Assembly: GCA_017504335.1 (NCBI GenBank) | Contig: JAFVRI010000166.1 | Coordinates: 1-36,411, forward strand | Source: Clostridia bacterium | GTDB lineage: Bacteria; Bacillota; Clostridia; Oscillospirales; CAG-272 | DNA length: 36,411 bases | Direction of reading: 5' to 3' | Shown here: positions 7,737 to 15,147 of the stretch, in pieces | Layout of the letters: every line of letters begins with the position of its first letter | Position numbering within the stretch: position 1 is the first letter of the stretch | The notes under the pieces: model-generated | Database searches by the model: none | What the model saw: only the letters and a program-made list of their open reading frames with translations | Told to the model about the DNA's origin: nothing | Position numbers and translations under genes: made by a program

Positions 7737-8854
7737 AAAAGTTTTATCAGAACGGTGTGATCATCACCGACGGCAAGGAGATCCGCGACATGGGAATCCT
7801 CACCGAGGATGGCAAGATCCTCGATCTGATCCCCTCTGCTCCCGCGGATGCCGAGATCGTGGAGCTTCACGGAAATTATATCCTGCCCGGACTCATTGAG
7901 CTGCACTGTCACGGCGGTGACGGCGCCGAGTTCATTGACGGCACCGAGGAGTCGATCCTTCGCGCCTGCCGTCTTCATGCCGACCACGGCACACGGGTGC
8001 TCTATCCCACCATTTCCGCCACCGATTACGATACCATGGTTCGGGCACTGGAGGCATTGGAAGCCTGCCGTGACCGTATGCCCCTGGAAATTCCCGGTGC
8101 CCATTTGGAGGGTCCCTATCTGGCGCCCGAAATGTGCGGTGCCCAGGATACAGCTGTGATCCGTCTGCCCAATCCCCAAGAATACGAGGCACTGGTGGAA
8201 CGGTTCGGCTCTCTCATTGCCCGTTGGAGCTATGCTCCCGAGCGGGACACGGACGGCAAATTCCTTGCCTTCCTGAAAAAGAAGGGCATCACCCCCGCCA
8301 CGGCGCATTCCTCCGCGGAATATTCCCACATGAAGGAAGCCCTTGCGGGCGGAAACCGTTTGGTGACCCATCTTTACTCCTGTACCTCGACCATCACCCG
8401 CCACGGCGGCTTCCGCCATCTGGGTGTCATTGAGTCTGCCTTCCTCATGGATGACATTTATGTGGAGACCATTGCGGACGGCTGTCATCTCCCTCCTGAG
8501 CTTCTGCGCATGATCGTGAAGATCAAGGGTGTGGATCGCGTATGTCTGGTGACCGATGCCATTCGCTTCGGCGGCTTGACTGCCGGTGAGGTAGGCGGTT
8601 CGGTTCCCTATGTCATTGAGGACGGTGTAGCAAAGCTCGCGGATCGCTCCGCCTTTGCGGGTAGCATCGCCACCGCCGATATGCTCATCGAGCGTACCGT
8701 CCGCGCCGGCTTCTCCCTGCCCGACACGGTGCGCATGATGACCGAGACCCCCGCTACCCTGATGGGTCTTTCCACCAAGGGACACATCGCCCGTGGCTAC
8801 GATGCCGATTTCACGGTATTGGATCGGGACTTGAAGAGTGTAGCGGTTGGTTAA
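7733..8854 (+). CDS. nagA: N-acetylglucosamine-6-phosphate deacetylase-like amidohydrolase
   Basis: Metal-binding motif LIELHCHGGDGAEFIDG of the Bacillus-type NagA, and the fold marker ...VTDAIRFGG... The GTG start overlaps the upstream stop (GTGA at 7733-7736). Confidence 0.8.
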   Translation: MKKFYQNGVIITDGKEIRDMGILTEDGKILDLIPSAPADAEIVELHGNYILPGLIELHCHGGDGAEFIDGTEESILRACRLHADHGTRVLYPTISATDYDTMVRALEALEACRDRMPLEIPGAHLEGPYLAPEMCGAQDTAVIRLPNPQEYEALVERFGSLIARWSYAPERDTDGKFLAFLKKKGITPATAHSSAEYSHMKEALAGGNRLVTHLYSCTSTITRHGGFRHLGVIESAFLMDDIYVETIADGCHLPPELLRMIVKIKGVDRVCLVTDAIRFGGLTAGEVGGSVPYVIEDGVAKLADRSAFAGSIATADMLIERTVRAGFSLPDTVRMMTETPATLMGLSTKGHIARGYDADFTVLDRDLKSVAVG

Positions 8855-8860
8855 TGAATT

Positions 8861-9041
8861 CGTTACGACTCGTTTTTTCCGCTTTTAGAAAAAGCTTGGC
8901 AAAACTTTCATACAAATTATGACTTGACCCTTGTACATTCTTCTCGTCATGATTTTGCAGTAAAATATTGTTTTTCTCTAAGGTAGAAAACCATCGGACG
9001 GCTACACGTGCTACGCACAGCCACCGATGGTTTTCTTTTTG
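8861..9041 (+). repeat. family T repeat, copy A (3' of the nagA-like gene)
   Basis: It starts 7 nt after the stop. The order is TTACGAC (8863-8869), palindrome GCTTTTAGAAAAAGC, GCAAAACTTTCATACAAATTATGACTTGACCCTTGTACATTCTTCTCGTCATGATTT, then TTTCTCTAAGGTAGAAAACCATCGG...CCGATGGTTTTC TTTTT (hairpin 8986-9035 plus T-run). Confidence 0.85.
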
Positions 9042-9050
9042 TATTTATAA

Positions 9051-9203
9051 CGGGACGTCGAGGACGTCGTCCCCTACAAGATAGAAATTATTTGTCGTAC
9101 ATTCTCCTAAATAAACAAAGGCATACCCGATTGCTTATTTATTTAGGAAAATTGCATTGGCATCCCTCTATCATTTGTAGGGGGCGACGTCCTCGACGCC
9201 CCG
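9051..9203 (+). repeat. family H long-hairpin element, copy H1 (MITE-like)
   Basis: 27-nt terminal inverted repeats: CGGGACGTCGAGGACGTCGTCCCCTAC (9051-9077) and GTAGGGGGCGACGTCCTCGACGCCCCG (9177-9203). An inner inverted repeat is TCCTAAATAAA...TTTATTTAGGA. The element begins about 10 nt after the T-run of copy A. Confidence 0.8.
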
Positions 9204-9302
9204 AGAAACAATCGCATCCCGTTTTCTTCTTGTGTGAATCCTTCTGTGAAAATGCTCCCTCCGGGAGGGAGCTGAAAGCGACTGAGGGAGAGTGCGATCA
9301 CA
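9204..9302. repeat. GC-rich hairpin block
   Basis: Perfect palindrome GCTCCCTCCGGGAGGGAGC at 9254-9272, followed by GAAAGCGACTGAGGGAGAGTG. The segment GAAACAATCGCATCCC (9206-9221) recurs inverted at 18199-18214 next to copy H2. Confidence 0.5.
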
Positions 9303-9390
9303 ATAAAGAGAGACGGAACATCGCGGGCGAGCAATCAACCTACCAAATCGTTCAAGTCATTTTTTCATCGTTCATTCTTTTCCGATTCCC

Positions 9391-9420
9391 TTGACAAAGG
9401 CGGAAGAATTCTGTTATAAT
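9391..9420 (+). promoter_or_regulatory. promoter of the metallophosphoesterase/GH20 operon
   Basis: TTGACA (9391-9396), an 18-nt spacer, then TGTTATAAT (extended -10, TATAAT at 9415-9420). Confidence 0.6.
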
Positions 9421-9455
9421 GAAGGAAACAATTTATAACCAAAGGAGACCGAAAC

Positions 9456-10310
9456 ATGGAAACGGTTGAAAAGAAATACCCCCGTTGGTCGGAGATCACC
9501 ATTGACGTAGGAGCCACTGCTCCCTTCCGCGTGTTGCACATGAGCGACACTCATCTGACCGAAGCGGACGAGCGGGACGATGACCGCAAGCTCGCCTTAG
9601 CGGCACAGCGAAGCAAATATTTCGCCCGCGCGGGAATTTTGGTGGAGAGCGCGACCGAATACGCAAAAAAAGAAGGCGTTCCGATCTTCCATACGGGAGA
9701 TCTGATCGACTTCGTTTCTTATAAAAATCTGGACGTTGCCCGTACTTTTTCCGAGGAAAACGATCTGTTTATGGCAGCGGGCAACCACGAATTCAGCCTT
9801 TACGTAGGAGAGGCAGTTGAGGATGCCGCCTACCGTGCGCAGAGCCTTGACAAGGTACAGGCTGCCTTTAAGAACGACATCCGTTTTTCCAAGCGAGAGA
9901 TGGGTGGCGTGAATTTCGTGGCGTTGGATAACTCCTACTATCTCATTGAGGAATGGCAGCTGAATGCCCTCAAGGAGGTGGTTGCCGAGGGAAAGCCCGT
10001 GGTTCTGCTCATCCACAACCCGCTTTACTGTGAAGCACTTTACAACCATGAAATCGTAGAAAAGAAATCGGACTCCGCCTATCTGATGGCAGTTCCCGAG
10101 GAAAAAATGAAGGGCTACAGCGAACACCGCTTCCGTCAGCAGAAGGCAGACGAGACCACCCTTCTCGCCTATGACTACATCTGCTCCGAGCCCACCATCC
10201 GTGCTATCCTAACGGGTCATTTGCACGAGGATGCCGAATATGCCATCAATGACCGTCTGACCCAGTACATGACCCGATGCACCACCCTGAAGATCGTAAA
10301 TTTCCGGTAA
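9456..10310 (+). CDS. metallophosphoesterase (calcineurin-like)
   Basis: AAAGGAG RBS. Motifs are VLHMSDTHL, HTGDLIDF, AAGNHEF and LIHNP...GHLH. Confidence 0.85.
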   Translation: METVEKKYPRWSEITIDVGATAPFRVLHMSDTHLTEADERDDDRKLALAAQRSKYFARAGILVESATEYAKKEGVPIFHTGDLIDFVSYKNLDVARTFSEENDLFMAAGNHEFSLYVGEAVEDAAYRAQSLDKVQAAFKNDIRFSKREMGGVNFVALDNSYYLIEEWQLNALKEVVAEGKPVVLLIHNPLYCEALYNHEIVEKKSDSAYLMAVPEEKMKGYSEHRFRQQKADETTLLAYDYICSEPTIRAILTGHLHEDAEYAINDRLTQYMTRCTTLKIVNFR

Positions 10311-10325
10311 AAGGAGACAAAAAGC

Positions 10326-12176
10326 ATGAAAGTCAAGTTTTCGATTCCCGAAGAATTTTCCGTCGGCATTGCCCGCCTGCTTCCGCTTTTGGACTGTGAG
10401 GAGGGCGATGACATCCTCGTCCGTGCCGAGGCATCCGACCGTACGGGTGTGACCCTTCATAACGGTGAAGCGATCATTTACTACACAAAAAAACACCTCT
10501 TCTTCCGTGAGCTGTCGGTGCTTCTGACCGAGGCGAAGGAAAAGGACTCCTTCGAATGGTGGGAGGACGGTCACTTTGAGACGGTCTCTACCATGATCGA
10601 TACCTCCCGTTGTGCGGTCCCCACCGTCAAGACCGTGAAGAATCTGATCGACCGACTGGTGCTGATGGGCTACGGCATGGTCATGCTCTACACCGAGGAC
10701 GTGCTGACCCTTCCGAACCGCCCCTATTTCGGCTATATGCGCGGTCGCTACACCCCCGAGGAATTGCGTGCCGTGGACGACTATGCCTTCGAATACGGCA
10801 TTGAGGTCATTCCCTGTCTCGAATGCTACGGTCACATGGAAAAGTATCTCATGTGGAAGGAGGCATCTCCCATCAAGGATACGGCAAGGGTGCTTCTGGC
10901 AAGAGAGGAAAAGACCTTTGACTTTCTGGACGAGCTGATCGGTACGGTCTCTGCCTGCTTCCGCTCCCGCCGCATTCACATCGGCATGGACGAGGCATGG
11001 GATATGGGACGCGGAAAGTTTTTGGACAGAAACGGCTACGTTCCTGCCTTTGAGATCTTCAACGAATACATGGAGCGGCTGATCTCCATTACAAGGAAAT
11101 ACGGACTTCGCCCCATGATGTGGAGCGATATGTACTTCCGTGTCTGCCATCCGAAGCACAAATATTGCGCCCCCGAAACCGAAATCCCACCCGAGGTAGC
11201 GAAAAGAATCCCCGCCGAGGTGGAGCTGGTATTCTGGCATTACGGTGAGGAGTACGGCAGTGATGATTACATGCTCAAAAAGCACAAGGCGCTAAATCGT
11301 TCCGTGATCTTCGCGGGCGGTCTTTGGAGCTGGATCGGTCATTTTCCCGAGCATTATTACACCATGGATTGCACAAAGCAGTCTCTGCTTGCCTGCCGCG
11401 CAAATGACGTGCGGGAAGCCATGGCGACCCTTTGGACCAATGACAATGCCGAGTGCGATTGGTACACAAATCTGTTCGGACTCTCCTATTTCGCGGAGCT
11501 TTGCTACGACAAAGACCCGACCGAAGAAAAGCTGCGTCGCCGTTTCCATGCGGTCAGCGGCGGTAACTATGATGCCTTCCTGCTCATGAGCGACTACCAC
11601 AACAAGGATCTTGCCAAGGACTATGAGAACTATTCTCACCGCTTCCTCGGAAAGCCTCTCTTCTGGCAGGACATTATGGAGGGTCTCTATGACAGTCACT
11701 TAGAGGGCCATCCCATGAGTTCGCACTATGCCGAGGCGACCCGCCGTATGGCAGCCTACGCGGATGCCGAGGGCGAATGGCAGTTCCTCTACTCCTTTGC
11801 AGCCAAGGTCTTTGACTACATGGGCGTCAAAACCCTGATTGCCGAAAATCTGGTATCAGCTTACAAGCGGGGAGACCGCGCGCTTCTTTCGGAGATTGCC
11901 GAGATCCTGCTCCCTGCCCTCAAGGATGCCGTCATCCGTGTTCACGAGGCGCATAAGGCGATCTGGTTCAAGCACAATAAGATCATCGGTTGGTCCAACC
12001 TCGACGTGCGCTATGCCGGTGTTGCCGCCCGTTGCGATACCGCAAAGGCGCTCATCGAAGCCTACCTCGCAGGGGAGCTCGACTCCCTCGAAAAATTGGA
12101 CGAGCCCCGTCTCCACAAGCCCTTAGACGGATTTGTGCAGTACAGCGCCATCGCTACGCCGAATCTGAAAACGTGA
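10326..12176 (+). CDS. GH20-like beta-N-acetylhexosaminidase family protein
   Basis: AAAGGAG RBS. The segment order matches the GH20 catalytic barrel: MIDTSRC, MLYTED, IEVIPCLECYGHM, RIHIGMDEAWD (the D-E catalytic pair position). Confidence 0.7.
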   Translation: MKVKFSIPEEFSVGIARLLPLLDCEEGDDILVRAEASDRTGVTLHNGEAIIYYTKKHLFFRELSVLLTEAKEKDSFEWWEDGHFETVSTMIDTSRCAVPTVKTVKNLIDRLVLMGYGMVMLYTEDVLTLPNRPYFGYMRGRYTPEELRAVDDYAFEYGIEVIPCLECYGHMEKYLMWKEASPIKDTARVLLAREEKTFDFLDELIGTVSACFRSRRIHIGMDEAWDMGRGKFLDRNGYVPAFEIFNEYMERLISITRKYGLRPMMWSDMYFRVCHPKHKYCAPETEIPPEVAKRIPAEVELVFWHYGEEYGSDDYMLKKHKALNRSVIFAGGLWSWIGHFPEHYYTMDCTKQSLLACRANDVREAMATLWTNDNAECDWYTNLFGLSYFAELCYDKDPTEEKLRRRFHAVSGGNYDAFLLMSDYHNKDLAKDYENYSHRFLGKPLFWQDIMEGLYDSHLEGHPMSSHYAEATRRMAAYADAEGEWQFLYSFAAKVFDYMGVKTLIAENLVSAYKRGDRALLSEIAEILLPALKDAVIRVHEAHKAIWFKHNKIIGWSNLDVRYAGVAARCDTAKALIEAYLAGELDSLEKLDEPRLHKPLDGFVQYSAIATPNLKT

Positions 12177-12181
12177 TATTA

Positions 12182-12351
12182 CTTACGACTAATATTAGGT
12201 CGCTTTTGAAAAAGCTCCGCAAAACTTTTCATACAAGGATATTTTTATTTTTTATTCACGTTCCTTGTCTTTGTGTCACGTGTAAACGTATGGTTTCTCT
12301 CTAAGGTGGAAATCCGTCGGACCCTCTGGCGTCCCGACGGATTTCTTTTTG
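12182..12351 (+). repeat. family T repeat, copy B1 (3' of the GH20-like gene)
   Basis: TTACGAC at 12183-12189, 6 nt after the stop. GTCGCTTTTGAAAAAGCTCCGCAAAACTTTTCATACAA follows, then the subtype-2 core ATATTTTTATTTTTTATTCACGTTCCTTGTCTTTGTG, then TCTCTAAGGTGGAAATCCGTCGG...CCGACGGATTTC TTTTT (12309-12351). Confidence 0.85.
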
Positions 12352-12360
12352 TTTTTTTTT

Positions 12361-12580
12361 AATAAAAAAGAAAACCATCGGTGTCCTCCTTCGCTTCGCT
12401 TCGGGACATATGCTTGCGCATATGTTGGCTCAGCAACGCAGTCCGATGGTTTTCTACCTTAGAGAAAAAACAATATTCTTTTACGCAAATCATGACGAGA
12501 ACAATGCACAAAGGTCAAGCCAAAACAAGTAATAAAGTTTTTGCGCCACTTTTTTCAAAAAGTGGCAAATCGCGTCCCTC
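12361..12580 (-). repeat. family T repeat, copy B2 (3' end of the LacI gene, overlapping its last codons and stop)
   Basis: The minus strand reads GGGACGCGATTTGCCACTTTTTGAAAAAAGTGGCGCAAAAACTTTATTAC...GGCTTGACCTTTGTGCATTGTTCTCGTCATGATTTGCG...TTTTCTCTAAGGTAGAAAACCATCGG-(about 60-nt loop insert)-CCGATGGTTTTC TTTTTT. It lies convergent with copy B1. Confidence 0.85.
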
Positions 12581-13532
12581 TCAGCTCCGATGGCAGGCGG
12601 GTGAATTTTTCGTCGGGGAAAATGCCGGATTCCACGTATCGGTTAGCAAGGGAGAGTGCCTTGCGCATCTGCGTTTCGGGGGATTGAATCGCCAGAGCGG
12701 CGATCCGACCGTTTTCCCAATGCTTTTGTGCCGTAGGGGGAAACTCGAAGCCGATATAGCGGCAATCCATGCGATCCTTTAATTTATAGAGCGCATCGCA
12801 AGCGGAGGCGGTCACACCGTCAAAACCGAAAAGATAATCGAGCTTCTTTCCCGACCCGTCAATGGTTCGGGCAAGGTGGGAGGCATAGAGCGCAGAGGCT
12901 TCGGGTGGATCGATCATGAGGATCTCCGCACAGTCACCGAGCCCATCCGAGAATCCTCGCACACGCTCGATAGCGGAAACGCTTCCGTTGGGGCGAAGAA
13001 CCCCAACTGTCGGGCACTGCCCTCCATCGAACCGCACCGCCTCGGCAAGCGCCAATCCGTCTTCGTAAAAATCCGATCCCACAAAAAAGGTGTTCGGGAT
13101 AGGCGTATATTCGCAAAGCTGAAGAATCAGCATTCTGTCCGCCAGCCGAGCCAGCTCCTCTCGGAGTTCCTCTCCTGGAAGGGCGGCAAGGATCACCGCC
13201 GACACGCCCGCCTCAACAGCTTGGGAGAGACAAAGAGAAACTTCTCGATCTTCCCTGTCACGGTGCATAGCGGAATAGATCTTCAGCGTCTCGTTTTTAC
13301 CGCCCAAAACCGCCAGTGCCCGATTCCAGAAAAACTTGGGATTGTCGGGAAGAATCACACAAATACCGTTTCCTTCCCTGCGAGATGCCAAGGGTTCTCC
13401 CGCGCATACCGCGGCGCGTACCGCCTCTCTCGTCTCGTAATCGACCCCGGGGCAATTTCGGAGAACCTTGCTGACCGTAGAGACACTTTTGCCGCTTCGG
13501 TTGGCAATCTCGGTCATACTTTGTTTACTCAT
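12555..13532 (-). CDS. LacI family transcriptional regulator
   Basis: Track ORF 12555..13622, trimmed to MSKQSMTEIANRSGKSVSTVSKVLRN (LacI-type HTH) at 13532, with a G-rich SD upstream. The rest resembles a periplasmic-binding-protein-like sugar-binding core. Confidence 0.85.
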   Translation of the reverse strand: MSKQSMTEIANRSGKSVSTVSKVLRNCPGVDYETREAVRAAVCAGEPLASRREGNGICVILPDNPKFFWNRALAVLGGKNETLKIYSAMHRDREDREVSLCLSQAVEAGVSAVILAALPGEELREELARLADRMLILQLCEYTPIPNTFFVGSDFYEDGLALAEAVRFDGGQCPTVGVLRPNGSVSAIERVRGFSDGLGDCAEILMIDPPEASALYASHLARTIDGSGKKLDYLFGFDGVTASACDALYKLKDRMDCRYIGFEFPPTAQKHWENGRIAALAIQSPETQMRKALSLANRYVESGIFPDEKFTRLPSELRGTRFATF

Positions 13533-13568
13533 TCCAAAAATCCCCCCTATATTTGTGCATCTTGTACA

Positions 13569-13597
13569 TTGACGGAAAATCTTCCTCATGTTACAAT
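13569..13597 (+). promoter_or_regulatory. promoter of the 433-aa Gfo/Idh/MocA gene
   Basis: TTGACG (13569-13574), a 17-nt spacer, then TGTTACAAT (extended -10, TACAAT at 13592-13597). Confidence 0.55.
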
Positions 13598-13646
13598 GAA
13601 TCCATCGGTTATATCTTATCATAAAAACAAAAAGGAGTCAACCACT

Positions 13647-14948
13647 ATGGAAGCAAAAAACAAAAGACTGAAGATCGGTGTGTTCGGCGGTGCCCGCGGC
13701 TATACCATGATTCAGGTGCTCTTCTCCCATGATAAAGCGGACCTTGTTGCCGTCTGCGATAAGTACGAGCCTCTTCTGGATAAGGTCAAGGAAAAGGCAA
13801 AGGAGTTGGGTACCGAGGTTGCTTGCTACAACAATTTTGAGGATTTTCTGAATCACCCCGAGCTGGATGCGGTGGTTCTTGCCAACTATGCCACCGAGCA
13901 CGTTCCCTTTGCCATCCGTTGCATGAAAGCGGGCAAGCACGTGCTTTCCGAGGTACTTCCCTGCGAGACTATGGCAGAGGCAGTGGAGCTGATCGAGGCG
14001 GTAGAAGAGACCGGAATGGTTTATGCCTACGCAGAGAACTATTGCTATATGCAGCATTCCTTTGAGATGTGGCAGAGATACCAATCGGGTGAGATGGGCG
14101 AGGCTCACTATGGCGAGGGCGAGTACATTCACGATTGCTCCTCCATCTGGCCCCGTTGCACCTACGGTGACCGCAATCACTGGAGAAACCGCCTGTACGC
14201 TACCTTCTATTGCACCCACTCCTTGGGTCCGCTGATCGCCATGACAGGTCTGCGCCCCAAGTCGGTGGTCGGCTTTGAGACCAATCCCATCAAGGGCGGA
14301 CTGCTTGCGAAAGGAACCGCAGGTCTTGCGGGAATCGAAATGGTCACCATGGAGAATGGCGCCGTATTCAAGAGCATCCACGGCGGACTCAAGCGTGAGC
14401 CCGGCAGCATCAACTACCAGCTCTATTGCGACAAGGGCGTGATGGAATCGGGCAGACACTTCTCCCGTCATCCCGAGAGAAGCGTAGGCAACTGCCTCTA
14501 CGTCTATAAGGAAGGCGAAGAGCTTTGCAAGGGCGATTGGGAAAAGTACGACCCCGACTGCCAGATCGCCCGTGACGGCAGACTGAAGAGCGGCATCGAA
14601 TCCCACGCAGGCTCCGATTTCTACCCCACCCACTGCTTCATCGAAAAGATTTTGGGCGGTGAGGACGGAAAGTGGTCCATCGACGTCTATCAGGCGGTTG
14701 ACATGGGCATCTGCGGAATCCTTGCTTGGCGTTCGGTATTGAACGGAAATACCCCCATGGCTGTTCCCAATCTTCGCAATCAAGAGGAGCGTGACGCATG
14801 GAGAAACGACCGCGCCTGCACGACCCCCGAGAAGGCGGGCGACGAGCTGCTTCCCATTAGCTCCCACGAAGAGCTTCTGGTAGATCCCGGCGACGAGGTC
14901 TATGAAGAGATCCGCCGTCTGTGGCTGGCAGGAGAAAAGCAGAAATAA
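13647..14948 (+). CDS. Gfo/Idh/MocA family oxidoreductase (433 aa, long C-terminal domain)
   Basis: ATG at 13647 follows AAAGGAG and is in frame with track ORF 12876..14948. The N-terminus is KIGVFGGARGYTMIQ..., with a SEVLP variant of the EKP motif. The upstream 257 codons of the track ORF read through the antisense of the LacI gene and are not credible. Confidence 0.85.
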   Translation: MEAKNKRLKIGVFGGARGYTMIQVLFSHDKADLVAVCDKYEPLLDKVKEKAKELGTEVACYNNFEDFLNHPELDAVVLANYATEHVPFAIRCMKAGKHVLSEVLPCETMAEAVELIEAVEETGMVYAYAENYCYMQHSFEMWQRYQSGEMGEAHYGEGEYIHDCSSIWPRCTYGDRNHWRNRLYATFYCTHSLGPLIAMTGLRPKSVVGFETNPIKGGLLAKGTAGLAGIEMVTMENGAVFKSIHGGLKREPGSINYQLYCDKGVMESGRHFSRHPERSVGNCLYVYKEGEELCKGDWEKYDPDCQIARDGRLKSGIESHAGSDFYPTHCFIEKILGGEDGKWSIDVYQAVDMGICGILAWRSVLNGNTPMAVPNLRNQEERDAWRNDRACTTPEKAGDELLPISSHEELLVDPGDEVYEEIRRLWLAGEKQK

Positions 14949-14950
14949 AA

Positions 14951-15137
14951 ACGCGGACGCGAGGACGCGGGGGACGCGATTTGTCGCTTTTTAAAAAAAG
15001 CTCCGCAAAAACTTTATTACAGGTTATGGCTTGACCCTTCTGCATTGTCCTCGTCATTGTTTTTGTAAAAGAATATTCTTTTTTCTCTAAGGTGGAAATC
15101 CGTCGGACCCTGCTGCGTCCCGACGGATTTCTTTTTT
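14951..15137 (+). repeat. family T repeat, copy C (3' of the Gfo/Idh/MocA gene)
   Basis: ACGCGGACGCGAGGACGCGGGGGACGCGATTTGTCGCTTTTTAAAAAAAGCTCCGCAAAAACTTTATTACAGGTTATGGCTTGACCCTTCTGCATTGTCCTCGTCATTGTTT...TTTTCTCTAAGGTGGAAATCCGTCGG...CCGACGGATTTC TTTTTT. Confidence 0.85.
15095..15137. terminator. bidirectional intrinsic terminator shared by the Gfo gene (+) and the AraC gene (-)
   Basis: The GAAATCCGTCGG...CCGACGGATTTC hairpin is followed by TTTTTT. The convergent AraC stop codon lies at 15150..15148. Confidence 0.75.
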
Positions 15138-15147
15138 CATGATCGAT

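Noticed and set aside
12489-12580. Conserved small ORF inside family T read on the opposite strand (MTRTMHKGQAKTSNKVFAPLFSKSGKS..., also MTRTMQKGQAITCNKVFAELF... at 14857..15057 and MTRRMYKGQVIICMKVLPSFF at copy A)
   Set aside because: There is no SD sequence upstream of the ATG. Substitutions between copies are not biased toward synonymous sites. The differences fall as compensatory pairs in the palindrome (GCCAC/GTGGC against GAGC/GCTC), and the reading frames end at different places. It is better explained as nucleic-acid structure.
12876-13646. 257-codon N-terminal extension of the Gfo/Idh/MocA ORF (track 12876..14948)
   Set aside because: The extension runs antisense through the LacI gene and across the promoter. 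The ATG at 13647 has a perfect AAAGGAG RBS, and the Rossmann motif starts right after it.
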